Origin: the human T2T-CHM13v2.0 reference genome, Homo sapiens
Strand: one strand, 5' to 3'
Length of the DNA: 64,000 nucleotides
Assembly: GCF_009914755.1 (NCBI RefSeq)
Contig: NC_060928.1
The notes under the pieces were generated by a model that was given only the letters and a program-made list of their open reading frames with translations, ran no database searches and was not told the origin of the DNA. This document shows positions 48,286 to 62,112 of the stretch, in pieces (position 1 is the first letter of the stretch; every line of letters begins with the position of its first letter). Position numbers and translations under genes: made by a program.

Positions 48286-48959
48286 AATAGGTTCCATTCC
48301 AGCTGTGTGTTTTCTGCTTCTCTTTGTTCTACTAGTTTTGTTGTTCAGTGAGAAACTGGTCCTTGTTTGGGAACCCACAGCTGAAAAGACTATGCTGTTT
48401 ACCATGGTGAGTGAAAAAACAAGGAAGGGTTCAGGGCAGATAAAATTATCATATTAGATTGCAGGTTTCAGGGTAACATAATTCTATGCTGCACTTTAAG
48501 ACCAAGAGGTGTGCACCACTTTGTAAACTAATGAAAGTCTGTTGTGATTGACAGTTTACCAATGGAACAGATCAGATTCAGATTTGATGAGCAGCAAATC
48601 AATGAAACAGACACATCACCACAGTTGAAAATGGAAGATGGAGAAAAATTGATATAATAGAGGACAGTATATAATACCAAAAAAAAAATTGACCTGATAC
48701 TTCATAATTCTGTTCCTATAAACAAGGTACATCTTCAAGTAATGAACAATTTGATTCCATGACCACCACATCCTTGCTGCTTTAATGCTGTCTTCTCTCC
48801 CTCCTCATTTCTTTATTTTACACAAGATAACTTTTATATACATAGATGAATGTGAATTTTGCAAATGTTGCATTGTTTTATTTTATTGTTTTACCAAAAT
48901 GACCAATGGTATGTTTTGATGGACATGATATATAAATGAGAGAGAAAAAAAAACTCCTG

Positions 48960-49240
48960 TTTTTTTTAAATTATACTTTAAGTTTTAGGGTACATCTGCA
49001 GAAATCATCATTCTCAGTAAACTATCGCAAGGACAAAAAACCAAACACCGCATGTTCTCACTCATAGGTGGGAACTGAACAATGAGAACACATGGACACA
49101 GGAAGGGGAACATCACACTCTGGGGACTGTTGTGGGGTGGGGGGAGGGGGGAGGGATAGCATTAGGAGATATACCTAATGCTAAATGATGAGTTAATGGG
49201 TGCAGCACACCAGCATGGCACATGTATACATATGTAACTA
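48960..49240 (-). mobile_element. L1PA3-like 5'-inverted (twin-primed) insertion
   Basis: Antisense poly(A) and terminus at 48960-49000, joined to a sense segment at 49001-49240. TSD aaaactcctg at 48950-48959 and 49240-49249. Confidence 0.92.
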
Positions 49241-49959
49241 AAACTCCTGGTTTTATAAAAATCCCTCTTTCTCCTTTAGGGCCTTCAGGTTTTAAATAAC
49301 ACACCAGACATTGTTATTCCTTCTGTGTAGCAGATACAAGAGGCAATATTTTCACTTTTATGTTGGAGGGGATGTCCTGGCATACCTGGGACCACTGGAG
49401 CTAACTGAACGTTGCATCCTGAATCTTCGTAAGGTTTCCCTCCCATCCTCTGGAGTTCCTGTGTCTTACTGAGCCTACAGCAGTAGAAGCTAGAAGCCAG
49501 CTCTTGCTCATCTTGCCTGCTCAACATGATGTCATCAATTCAGTGGATTAAAGTGAAGTACCACGTGATGTCTAGATGGCCTGGACTCTTCACATTTTAT
49601 TATGATGGCGTGCATGAGCACTGATACAGCTGTATGGAAAAACCCTGAGTAATTCTGTTGTCCATTGCACATAAAGTTAACTTTCTGATTATTTCTTTTG
49701 ATTCTAATAGAAAAACATGTATTCAATCAGTTAATGATCATATACCACATACCTGAGGCTTTGCTAATCTGCTTCAGCCATGCTACAAAATGTGACATGA
49801 TACCTCCAATCAGGATTACTATTTGATTGAGCTGGCAGTAATCATTTTTGTGGTTCATCTGGATTCTTCTTCTGAGAAACAACTTGTGAATCAAATTTCT
49901 GACTGGATCACTCACCCATGCATGCATCCTCGAACTTTAATAGTAGCATTACTATCTGC

Positions 49960-49962
<3 letters not shown>

Positions 49963-49995
<33 letters not shown>
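49963..49995. repeat. (CA)n microsatellite
   Basis: Read directly from the sequence. Confidence 0.97.
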
Positions 49996-49996
<1 letters not shown>

Positions 49997-51035
49997 CAAA
50001 CGTGCACGCTTAATGAGGTAGGATTTTGTTTTTTATCTACGTAAAATGTCGGCAACTGGGAGGTTTCAGAGGATTTCACCTGTCTTCCTCATTAAAATAT
50101 TAGGGCCCTTTTATGGGTGTTACTCCAAATGTATTATATGTAAGCATAAATTTCATACTTGGGAATCAGAGAAATAAGTTGACAAGCACGTGGGCGGTCA
50201 GAGAGTGGATCCATTATAGGCCAGAATTTAACGGGCACTCCATCAATTACCTGGTTCCGTATGCATCCACTCTAACCAGAGAACAATGGTTTGCATCATA
50301 TCAATGTCAACTTAGATGTGTGTCCCATAGTTCACACATGGTCTGGATGTTCCCTTTTTCTCACTGTGCAGAAACTGACATAGTTTCTTTGAGTAAGGAA
50401 AATAATTCCAATATATATTTGTTGGGGTGCGGCAGAGTTCTTCCACCTAGAGACCTAGCTATCGCTTTAGTTCATGAGTTCCAGATTTAAAACTGGGCTG
50501 TTTCTCAAATGGAGCAAGGGACATAGCTGGCTACCTAATTAATGGGTCTCATAATTAACGGGTCTCAATGCAAATCAAGTTGTGAGGTCCCTTATTGAAA
50601 AAGCAGAAAACAGAGCTGTTGACATTAGTGCTACACTAATACCTGGGGCTGTTTCCTTTCTTTTGCTGTGTCTCATTATTTGTCATGACACTTTATATTT
50701 GTTACCTGATGTTTTCCAAGAAAAACAATTAATTTAAAATATTTTTAAAAAATAATTATTTTGAAATATTTTCTAAAAAATAGAAGTAGAAAATATAAAA
50801 CTTGGAGATCTACCTGAAGTAGCAAAGTTGGAAATCAGTGGTGATGGGTTCCTCAATTTTCTTCTGAAACTACGGTGGCTATTTAATAATAAAAATGATG
50901 CAGAGTATCTTTACTGAGTTATCTAAAATTATCATATTATTAGAATGGGTTTCTCCTCAGAGTTTTACTTTAATTTGTGAAGAAATAGCTAGTACTGTTG
51001 AAGATTTCAGAGAAGGCTTCAGAAGTTTCAAAAGA

Positions 51036-51338
<303 letters not shown>

Positions 51339-51761
51339 AGAAGTTGCAAAAGAAACAGAAAAACTGGTTGAATTCATACACCGTCAATGGAAGATGTATG
51401 TACATGGAATTCTGGAATTTTGAAGAAACCGGCTGTTACACTGCTCCATATGGATTTGAGTTTTTTTGTTTCATCTGCATACTGATTTTACAGAGAAAAT
51501 AATTCCAATATTTTTTCTGAGCAATGTATGTATGTATTTTGTCATCCTAAACTATTTTTGAAGAGTTATCTTTAACATTTTGGCACAATATAACAATATT
51601 TTTTGCAAATACACCATAGAAAAAAATATGATAGCATAAGCCAGAGGCTTTTCTCATATAAAGGGGTTTTTCTGAGTTATAAATATAATGCAATTGTATT
51701 TATGTTGATTTTTATCAAGGAATAATTATAAATATTTTTAAATAAAAAAATAAAAGTAATT

Positions 51762-52108
<347 letters not shown>

Positions 52109-52949
52109 CTATGTGATTTTTAATTGCAAAGAATGAGAGCATTTCATTGATATAAGAAATCACTGAAATTACTCAATTTGTATTTTATAACTCTGACATG
52201 GCTCTGTATTTCATTCTTAAAAGAACAGTGGAAACACTGCACAAACGTAACTCTCCCTCTTAATACATTCACATTCTACCAACGCTTCGTAAGATGTGCA
52301 CCTTATAGTCACTTTGAGTCTCCCACACAGTGTGGGTGCACTGGAGTTCTATGCTCGGGGGCATCATGAACTTTGTATGTGAGTGAGGCAGCAAGGACTT
52401 GTAGGAGATGTGCAAACTGCATAAATCTCCTTTGCTCAGGCACAAGCTTGATTGGCCCATTAGACTTCACTTACAAAATACAAGTTCAAAGGAAAACTTG
52501 GCAATAATTTTAAGGTGTAAATAGCAGAGCATTAAATTAAATGTGAGGCCATTTTGAGCATGGGACCCTGTGTAACTACACAGGTAACACACTCAAGAAT
52601 CCAGTCTTGAAAGAGAATTTTTAATTTGTATGAATTAGCTGGTATCAGGCTTCTCCTCCTCCTTTTTTTCCCTACAGGTGCTATGTTCAATTAAATACTG
52701 CAGGGAACGACTCTCTGCAGGCCTAGCCCCACAACTACCAGCTGCGGCCCCTCCATTGTCCCTATGACTTGGGAGTCCCATCACCCCCACAGTGTCACCA
52801 TTTCTCTTAAAAAGCCTTAAATTCTCAAAAGAGCATTTTACCATTCAACATTGCACTTCCTAGAAACTGAACTAAACCAAACTTTATTTTCCTTAAAAAG
52901 TAGTTATTTCACCAAGATTCCAAATTTATTTGTGTGGAACTCTGCTGGT

Positions 52950-53042
52950 CTTTACTAGTGTCATGTGGCTATTGAGGACTTGAAATGTGGCTCGTCTAAC
53001 TTGAGATTTGCTGTAAGTGTAAAATAAGCACTAAATGTGTAA
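52950..53042. mobile_element. MER3/MER33-like hAT-Charlie fragment
   Basis: 'catgtggctattgaggacttgaaatgtggct...gctgtaagtgtaaaata'. Confidence 0.7.
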
Positions 53043-54281
53043 CATAGATGCTCTTCAACTTATGATGGAGTTTGCAGAGCCTTAGGAACCTTTGGGACTA
53101 TAACAAAGATTTAACATTTATATCATAGGAGTCTGAAAAAGAGATGAGAAAGAGAGTATTGCTGAAAAAGGATTCAAAAAATTAACAGCTGGGAACTTCA
53201 AATTTTGGCAAAAGATGTAAATATACTGATACAAGAGTAAGGGAATCCAAAAAAGGATGAATTCAAAGAAATATACAACAAGGCACATCATAATTAAACT
53301 TCTGAAAACTAAAGATAAAGATAAGTGTTGAAAACATCTAGAGCAAAAGACACCTTACCTATAGGACAAAAAAAAATTCAAATGACAGCGGGTTTTTCAA
53401 ATCACAAAGGACATGGCACACCATTTTTCTGGCATGCCAGAAGGACATGGCACACCATTTTTCACATTCTAAAAGAAAAAGATTGTTACTCTATAATCTC
53501 ATATCCAGCAAAATTATTCTTTCTGGTAAGAGAAGGAAATTAAGACATGCTCAGATAAAGGAAAACTAAGAGAATCTGTTGCCAGCAGTCTTACTCTAGA
53601 AGAATGGCTTACTGGAGTTCTCTAAATAGAGAAAGCCAAAAGAAAAGGAACTTGAGAACATTGAGGAGAAAGGAAGAACATGCTAATCAAAACCATGAGT
53701 AAATATAACACACTTTTCTTCTCTAGAGTTTTCTAAATTAGTCTGATGCTGAAGCAAAAATTATAACACTTAACACTGTCTGATGTATTTCTAAATATAT
53801 ACAGAAGAAACATTTAAGATAATTATAAGTAGTGAAGGGTAAAGAGATGTAAAAGGAGGTGAGGTTTCTATATTTTACTCAAACTGGTAAAAAAATATCA
53901 GTAGACTGGGATAAGTTCTGTATGCATAACTAAATTAAAAAGCTATACAAAAACACATACTCAAAAATACTATGGATAAGTAAAAATGAAATTGTAAAAT
54001 ATGTTTAAGTAACCCATAGAATGGTACACCCACAAAAAAAAAAAACAGAATAAAAACAGAGGTAATAAACATAAAACCAAAAAATAAAATAAAATGGCAG
54101 ACTTAAGTCCTAACATATCAATAATTAAATTAAATGTAAATCATCTAAACATCCTAATTAAAAAACACAGATTTTCAAAGTGGATTAAAAAATGTCTCAA
54201 CTATATGTTGTCTATAAAACTCATTTAAAATATAAAAACCTATGTAAGTTGAAAATAAATAATGGAAAAGATAGATCATGC

Positions 54282-54694
54282 TGCAGTTAGGCTGAAATAT
54301 GTCCCCCAAAGATAACAGGTGGTAATTCCTGGAACCTATGATACCTGATTTGAGAAAGAGGTCTTCGATGTAAGGGTAAATGAAGGATCTTGAGAGGAGG
54401 AGCTTGTCTCAAATTATCTAGACGTGCCCTAAATGCCACCATAAGTGTCCTTATGAGAGAAAGGAGGAGAGAGATTAAACAAACAGAAGAGGAGGTAACA
54501 TGATCTTCGAAGCAGAGATTGCAGTGATGTAACCTGGAAGAGGCAAGGAACAGACTCTCCCCTAGAGAGAGTGTACCCCTGCCAACACCATAATTCCAGA
54601 TTTTTGGCCTCCAGAACCGTGTGAGAGAAATTTCTGTTATTTTAAGCCACCAGTTTGTGTTAATTTGTTAAAGCTGCCACAGAAAACGAATGCA
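54282..54694 (+). mobile_element. MLT1C-like MaLR solo LTR inside L1
   Basis: 'tg...cccccaaagata...gtgccctaaatgccaccataagtgtccttat...ttttaagccaccagtttgtg...gaatgca'. TSD catgc/catgt. Confidence 0.88.
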
Positions 54695-55251
54695 CATGTC
54701 AACATTAACAAAAAGAAAATGGGAATGACTTTATTAATATCATATAGAATATATTCAGAGCCAAGAATATGACCACGGAGAGAACAGGACAATATAGAAT
54801 GTTAAAAAGCAAGCCATCAAGAAGATATAGCAATTCTAAGTATGTATTACCCAAACAAGAGGCCTACAAAATGTGTGAAGCAAAAATGAATAGAACAAAA
54901 AAATAGTCAAATCAAGTATTGTATCTGGAAACTTAACACTCACTCTCAGCAATGGATAGAACAATTAGAAAATAAACAAAGATGTAAAAGGCCTAAACAA
55001 TGCTATTAGTCAGGAGGATCTAATCAACAGTTACAGAAAACTGTGCTCAAGCACAGTAGAATACATGTGACTGTCAAATGTCTGCAGAAAGTCTACTAAT
55101 ATTGGCCCAGCCATCAAACAAATCTCAACAAATTTAAAACATATGCTGCATCCTCCAAACGCAATGGATTTAAATTAAAAATCAATAAGAGATAATAGAA
55201 AAATCTCCAAGTACATAAACTAAACAGACTTAAAAAAAAATCCACGGGTAA

Positions 55252-55301
55252 GGTAAAAGTCTTGTACACGTACCCACTGAATCTAAAATAAAACTTTTTT
55301 T
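55252..55301 (+). mobile_element. ~50-bp micro-insertion of an L1 extreme 3' terminus
   Basis: 'ttgtacacgtacccactgaatctaaaataaaa' flanked by aaaaatccacgggtaa and aaaaatccatggctaa. Confidence 0.7.
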
Positions 55302-56512
55302 AAAAATCCATGGCTAAAAGAGAAATTATGAAGAAAAATTTGAAAAATACATTTAATCCAATGAAAATTCAATATACTAAAATTGGGCAGATACAACAAA
55401 AGCAGTGCTGAAAGGGAAATTGAAAAAACTAAGCACATACATTAGAAAATATGAAAAAGTCTCAAATCAGTAATCTAAGCTTCAACCTCACAAGACTGGA
55501 AACAAAGAGTAAAATTATTGCAAATCAAGGAGGAGGAAGGAAATAAATGTAAGAGCAAAAATTAATGAGATTTAAAATAAGAAAATAATAGGTAATAGCA
55601 ATCAAACAGAAAAAGCTGGTTATTTAAAAAGTTCTATAAAACTGAAAATCCTCTAATAAGACAGATAAAGAATAAAAGAGACAAGAAATAAATTGTCAAT
55701 ATCAAGTCTGATATAGGTCTACTGACCCTGCAAACATCAAAATGATAATAAGGAAATAATACAGACATCTCCACACACATAAATTTGACAACTAAAATAA
55801 AATGGCCTGATTTCAAAAATAAAAAATCACATCTTACCTCATGTGGAATAGTTAATTTGAAGCCACATAACTCAAGGAATTTGAATATGTAACTTTGAAA
55901 TCCTAAAAATAAAATCTCTTAGCCCAGATAGTTTTACTTTTGAATTATATCAGACCTTTAATATTTCTATACACTGTCATCCAGCAAAGAGAATATAAGG
56001 GAACACTTCCCAATTTATCTTATGAAACTAGAATTACCGTGATAACAAACTAGACAAAGCCAGTACCAAAAAAAAAGTAAGAAAGAAAGAAAACTACCAA
56101 ATATTAACTTTCATGAATATAGACAGAAAAATCCTTAACAGGATATTATCACATACCATTCTTCACCTCACTAATCAAATGGGTGCATTCCAGCCAGGGA
56201 TGTAGTTTGGTTCAATGTTTGACTATCAATCAATATTATTCACCATGTTAAGAGGATAAGGAAGATCCTATCAATCAATGTAGAGAAGGCATTTGACAAA
56301 ATTCAACACCCATTCATGATGAAAACTCTCAGAAAACTAGTAATAAACAACAATAAGCACATAGGGAAAACCTACAAGTAACATTGTACTAACGAGGCAA
56401 GATTGAATGTTTTCCTCCTACAATTGGGAATAGGACAAAAACATTTCACTCTCAGCACTCTCATCCAACATAGTGCTGGAACTTCTAGCCAGTACAAGAA
56501 AACAAAATAAGT

Positions 56513-56835
56513 GGCCTGAGTGTGGTGGCTCACACCTGTAATCCCAGCACTTTGGGAGGCTGAGGTGGGTGGATCACGAGGTCAGGAGTTTGAGACCAGC
56601 CTAACCAACATGGTGAAACCTGTCTCTACTAAAACTACAAAAATTAGCCGGGCATGGTGGCGGGTACCTGTAGTCCCAGCTACTCAGGAGGCTGAGGCAG
56701 GAGAATTACTTGAACCTGGAAGGCGGAGGTTGCAGTAACCTGAGATGGCACCACTGCACTCCTGCCTGGGCAACAAAGTGGGACTCCCTCTCAAAAAATA
56801 AATAAATAAATAAATAAGTAAATAAATAAATAAAT
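56513..56835 (+). mobile_element. AluSg-like with a (TAAA)n tail
   Basis: Full dimer with 'ggatcacgaggtcaggagtttgagacc'. Confidence 0.93.
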
Positions 56836-58319
56836 AAAAGCATACAGATAGGAGAAGAATAAATAAAACTGCCTTTATTTACAAATGAAATGGTTGTCTA
56901 TGTAGAAGATATAAAGGAATTAAAAAAAAAGAAGTAACAAGTGAATTCAGCAAAGTCACAGAATATAAGCTAAACATTTTTTAATCTATCATGTTTTTAT
57001 ATACTAGCAAGGAGAACATAAAGCCTGGAATTAAAAATACATTTGCATTTGCAATCAATAAAAAAAGAAATATTTGTGTGCAAATGTAACAAAACACATA
57101 GACAACTTCTATGCTGAAATCTACATAATGCTGATGAAAGACATAAATGAAGTAAATAAACAAAGAAATATACACTTTTCATGCATTGGAAGAGTCAGCC
57201 TAGTAAAGATGTCAATTCACTTTCCATTGACATACAGGTTGACCATAATTTCTAATAAAAGCCCAGAATGATTTTTTTGAACTACAGACAAGTTTATTCT
57301 AAAATTTCTTTGAAAATTTAAAATACTAGAATAGGTAAATCTATTTTCAAAAAGAAGAATAAACTGAGAGAGATCAGTCTACGTATTTTCAAGACCCATT
57401 GGATAGCTACAGTAATCAAGACTGTGATAGTAGCACAGAAATAGACATGTAGATGAATGCAACGGAATACAGAACCCAGAAAGGCCTGTGCAAATACTGT
57501 CAACTTATTTATGACTACGGTTCAAAAGCGACTCAATAGAGAAAAGATAAACTTCTCAACAGATTCTGCTAGAGCAATTGAACATTTCTGGAGAGACCAA
57601 AAAAGATAATTAATCTTAACCCAAGTTTCACACCTTACACAAATCAATCTTAGAGCTAAAATGTAAAATGTATAACTGTAAAAGTTTTAGAGAAAATAAA
57701 GATAAAATATTTGAGATCTAAAGCTAAGCGAAGAGTTGTTAGACAACACCAAAAAGCATGATTCATTAAAAAAACACAAAAATTTGACTTTATTAAAACT
57801 AGAAGCTTTTGCTCTATGAAAGACCCTGTTAAAAAAATGAAAAGACAATTTAAAAAAGTAGGAGAAAATATATGCAGACTACATATAGAACAAAGGACTA
57901 GTATCTAAAATATGTTTTTTGAAAGCTATCAAAACTCAACTGTTAAATTCTAAACAATCCAATTACAACATGAGCAAAACACAGAAAGAAACACTTACCC
58001 AAAGACATACTGATGGCAAATGAAGACATGAAAAGATGTTCAACATCATCAATAGGTCAATGCAAATTAAAATCACACTGAGATATCACTCTATGCCTAT
58101 TCAAATGGCTAAACAAAAATAGCATCTATAACAAATGACGGCAAGGATACAGAGAAAATGGATCCTCACATTGTTGTTGGAAACGTGACTTGGTACCACC
58201 AGCATCACCACTAGAAAGCATTTTGGCAGTTTCTTTAAAAATTAAACATGTAACTATCACATGACATAGCAATTTCACCCTTGCTGGGGGCATCGATCCC
58301 AAATAAATAATCTTTATTT

Positions 58320-59440
58320 TACTGCTAGTGATGTGTTAATGTTTCCTGTTGTTAGCATGTTCCTTTTTCTTCTCAATCTCTGGTATTTTCTTTTTTGTAT
58401 ATGTAATTAATGTGTATTTATGAGAATATGTGGGTGTTTGGGCATATTTAAAGCACTGATGATCATAATTGTTGTATAAGCATTCTGAATTGTTTTTATT
58501 ACTAATCATAGTCTTTTTCTCATTTACTGCTTTTCATCTGAACTATATTTGTTCCGATATAAAATTCTCAATCCTTGTTTTTTTATTGTTTCATTTGCCT
58601 GGCGGGTTTTTGTTCATTCCTCTGTTTTTAGTCCTTTTGAATCACTGTTTTAGGTGTGTTCCCTAAGACTGGGTTTACCTTAATAAACCACTCTGAAAAT
58701 CTTTGTTGTAAATTATTAATAGTAAAACACACTCATGTTTATTGATGACATATTGTCCTCAACTTTGTCATATATTTGTATTATCACTCCTGGATTATAA
58801 TGATAAATGTCATCATCAAATTTGTAAGGGTAATTATTTATTTATTTATTTATTTACTTTTGTTATATTTTAAATTTACTTTTGAACTTTTTAAAAGGCT
58901 TTTATTTTTATTTTAGTATTTCCTTTGCATTTACAAATTTGATAGAGACATTTTTTCTTGCTTAACATTTTACAATGGAGTCTGTCAGTTTTGAATGGCG
59001 ATTTTAATTCTTACTTATTCTCTACAACACAGTCAATGACACCAATATACTTTTTCTTTTTTTTCTGTGTTCTCCTTTTTTGGTAATGATGCACTATTTC
59101 TGTGTTGTCAAACATAAAATGTTCTCATACTTTTCTTCACCCATATCCTTATCTTCAGCTTGGTATTATAATTAAATATATTTAAGGTTTACATCAGCCT
59201 TTTGCTATAACCTCCCCAGTTTTCTTTTGATTGATTAACTTCATCCTCCAGTAGATTCTTTCAGAAGCACAGGTGTATGCATTATTTCCTGAGTTAATTC
59301 ATATTCCAAACTATATTCTGAAGCCTTATATATCTAAAACTCATTTAAATACAAATTCCTTAGTTTATACTTTTTTTCTCAAGCCTCTTGAAATTGCTAC
59401 TTCTCTTTTGCCTTGACTTCTATGTTATCTTGAGGAAAGT
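58320..59440 (-). mobile_element. Very old antisense L1 (L1ME/L1M5-like) fragments
   Basis: T-rich strand with 'tttgttccgatataaaattctcaatccttgttttt...tttgcctggcgggtttttgttcattcc'. Confidence 0.55.
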
Positions 59441-59558
59441 AATATCACTTGTTATCTCAAGCAAGAAATTCACTTAAATTACAAATTCTATGACATAAAT
59501 GGAAACAATCCAGGAATCACTTATTTAGAGTAATTGCCCCTACATAAAGATCAGTGTT

Positions 59559-59700
59559 GGTCAGGCGTGGTGGCTCACGCCTGTAATCCCAGCCCTTTGG
59601 GAGGCCGAGGAAGGCAGATCACAAAGTCAGGAGTTTGAGACCAGCCTGGCCAACATAGTGAAACCCCGTCTCTGGTAAAAATACAAAAAAAAATAGCCAG
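59559..59700 (+). mobile_element. AluS left arm only (3'-truncated)
   Basis: Intact 5' start. It stops at 'tagccag' just after the middle A-tract, with no tail or TSD. Confidence 0.9.
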
Positions 59701-61383
59701 ATAGATTGATAGCTGTGGGTAAGACAAATGGAGAAAGGTTAGTGGAAGAGGGAGGTGAGTATCACTTGTAGCCCTAAAATCAACTGCAGAGCTGGGAGCT
59801 GCATAGTATCTTACTAACTTCCTTCTAATTTCTTCCTCTAGAAGACAAGCCCACGGGAACTGTGGAGAAGGTGCTCTGCAAATATGCAAGTAGATTTGAA
59901 TCCGTGCAGTAGAAAGGATGAACTATCTAGAGGGGGCATCACCCTTTTTCTTAACCTCAGCACATGATTTGAAGATAAGAAGGCTTACCAAAACTTCTTG
60001 CTCCACACTGTGTATTTGCATTTCAGACCTAAAACGCAGAAGCATGTCGTGTATTTTAAAAGATTGCTTTTAAAATGATTCTCCCAAGCCTTATATTTTT
60101 CTAGAGAACAAAACGGAGGTGAGTTCATGAATAGAAAAGACCTAATCTTTCTTTTGATTCATGCTTATATATCTGGAATAAAGCACAGAGATGTCTAATG
60201 ATTTTATGATAATATCAACTATTTTTCCTGACTTCTTTTATTCAGCAAAGCAGAGTTGCTTCTGATGGAATTCTGAAATAGAAATTGTTCCTGAAACTAG
60301 GAACTATTAACTAAGAAGTGTATTTGAGGTTCTTAGCACATAATTTGGTACAATCATGCCTTATGAAGTAATAGTCAAGAAGCTGTATAGTGTTTCCAGC
60401 TGACAGACATTTTTATAAGAAAGGGTCCTGTTCTCCCCAACCAGACATAGGGCTTCACACCCATCTTGTTTCCTGGACCCTCCAACATAATATAGTAGAT
60501 CTTCAATTAGCCTTCAGGATGTAACTTATTGTCTCTCTACTCTGACATCATCTTAGTTGTGTTACAGAGGTAGACTATCATTTTCAGAAAAACAATCCAT
60601 ACTATACAAACGATATCCTTATAGCACACTGGAACCCAAAAGCTCTTTATTATCACATGTAGGGTGAAGCCCACAAGAGCTTGAGGGCTTGAGAAATGAT
60701 ACTCACAAGTGAGTCACAGAAAGTTCTCTGAAGAGGAAAACTGGGAAAGGATTGAGATTCTCTCTCAATCTTCTGTCCGCTCCATCCTTCGCTTTCCCTT
60801 TGATTTCCTCCATCCGTCATTCCTCCCGCTCTCTCATTATCTCTTCACTCCATTTATCCTCCTTCCATCCTTCTCTCCTTCTCCTTGCCTCAATACTTTC
60901 TCTCTGTCCCTTCCTTTATCCTTTGCTTCTACTTCTGCCTTATTTAGAATTGTGAATGGAAATCAGCTTCACCTTAAGCTAAATTGTCTTATTTACAAAT
61001 ATTTAAAATAACTTAAAAGACTATAAAATTTCTAGCAAAAAGAACTTTGCAATATAGGATAAGTATGGACTACCCTTTTACGTATTTTTACCTTTAAACT
61101 ATTTCTTCTATTAGAAGTAACTTGCATGTGTTCATGTCTAGAGAGCAAGTGGTGGTTTAAAAGACGTATTTTTTATCTTTTTTTGACTTCTTTCATTCCA
61201 AGACATTACCTTATTAAATGTGATATAAATACCAGAAAGAAGCAAAAAGTTCTCATAAAACTGTAACTATTTAACAAAACTTACTAAGGTATTTTCACAC
61301 ACAGACACCCACCAGAGTGCTGTGAAATGAACCTATCACGGTGTCCTTGGTGAGTGAGCGATGGGTGGTTATGCCCCGTTTCT

Positions 61384-61398
61384 CCTGCAGAGGGCAGC
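61384..61398 (+). promoter_or_regulatory. Candidate CTCF binding motif CCTGCAGAGGGCAGC
   Basis: Matches the CCASYAGRKGGCRS core at 13 of 14 positions. Lies in a locally GC-richer block with no repeat I recognise. Confidence 0.5.
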
Positions 61399-61662
61399 TC
61401 CAGACACCTCAGAGCTAAGGCAGTTTCTGTAACCTCCTGGCCTGCAACTGGGATGATTCCTGTAGCGGGAGCTAAGACACCATGGCCTGAAAACTGCTCC
61501 TACCGGCTGCCTGAAAGGGGTATCCACCAGACACCTCTGACTGGGGCCAGCAGCTACACAATGGGGACTCAGTCGTTTTCAACCAATACAGAATAAATGG
61601 GTGTGAATTCTTCAATTGCATATATGGGCCTGATTGTGAACTAGGGTGGAAACTGTCACTAA

Positions 61663-62112
<450 letters not shown>

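Larger units (their letters stand above)
53074..58310 (+). mobile_element. Long decayed L1M (L1MC/L1M4-like): ORF1 remnant, ORF2 endonuclease and RT, 3' part missing
   Basis: ORF1-like 'aggcacatcataattaaacttctgaaaactaaag', ORF2 start region near 54095, 'agagaaggcatttgacaaaattcaacacccattcatgat'. The match ends abruptly near 58310. Confidence 0.9.

Noticed and set aside
50113-50490. 125-aa ATG-initiated ORF outside recognised repeats
   Set aside because: No recognisable homology and no promoter or poly(A) context. The length is compatible with chance in a window of this size.
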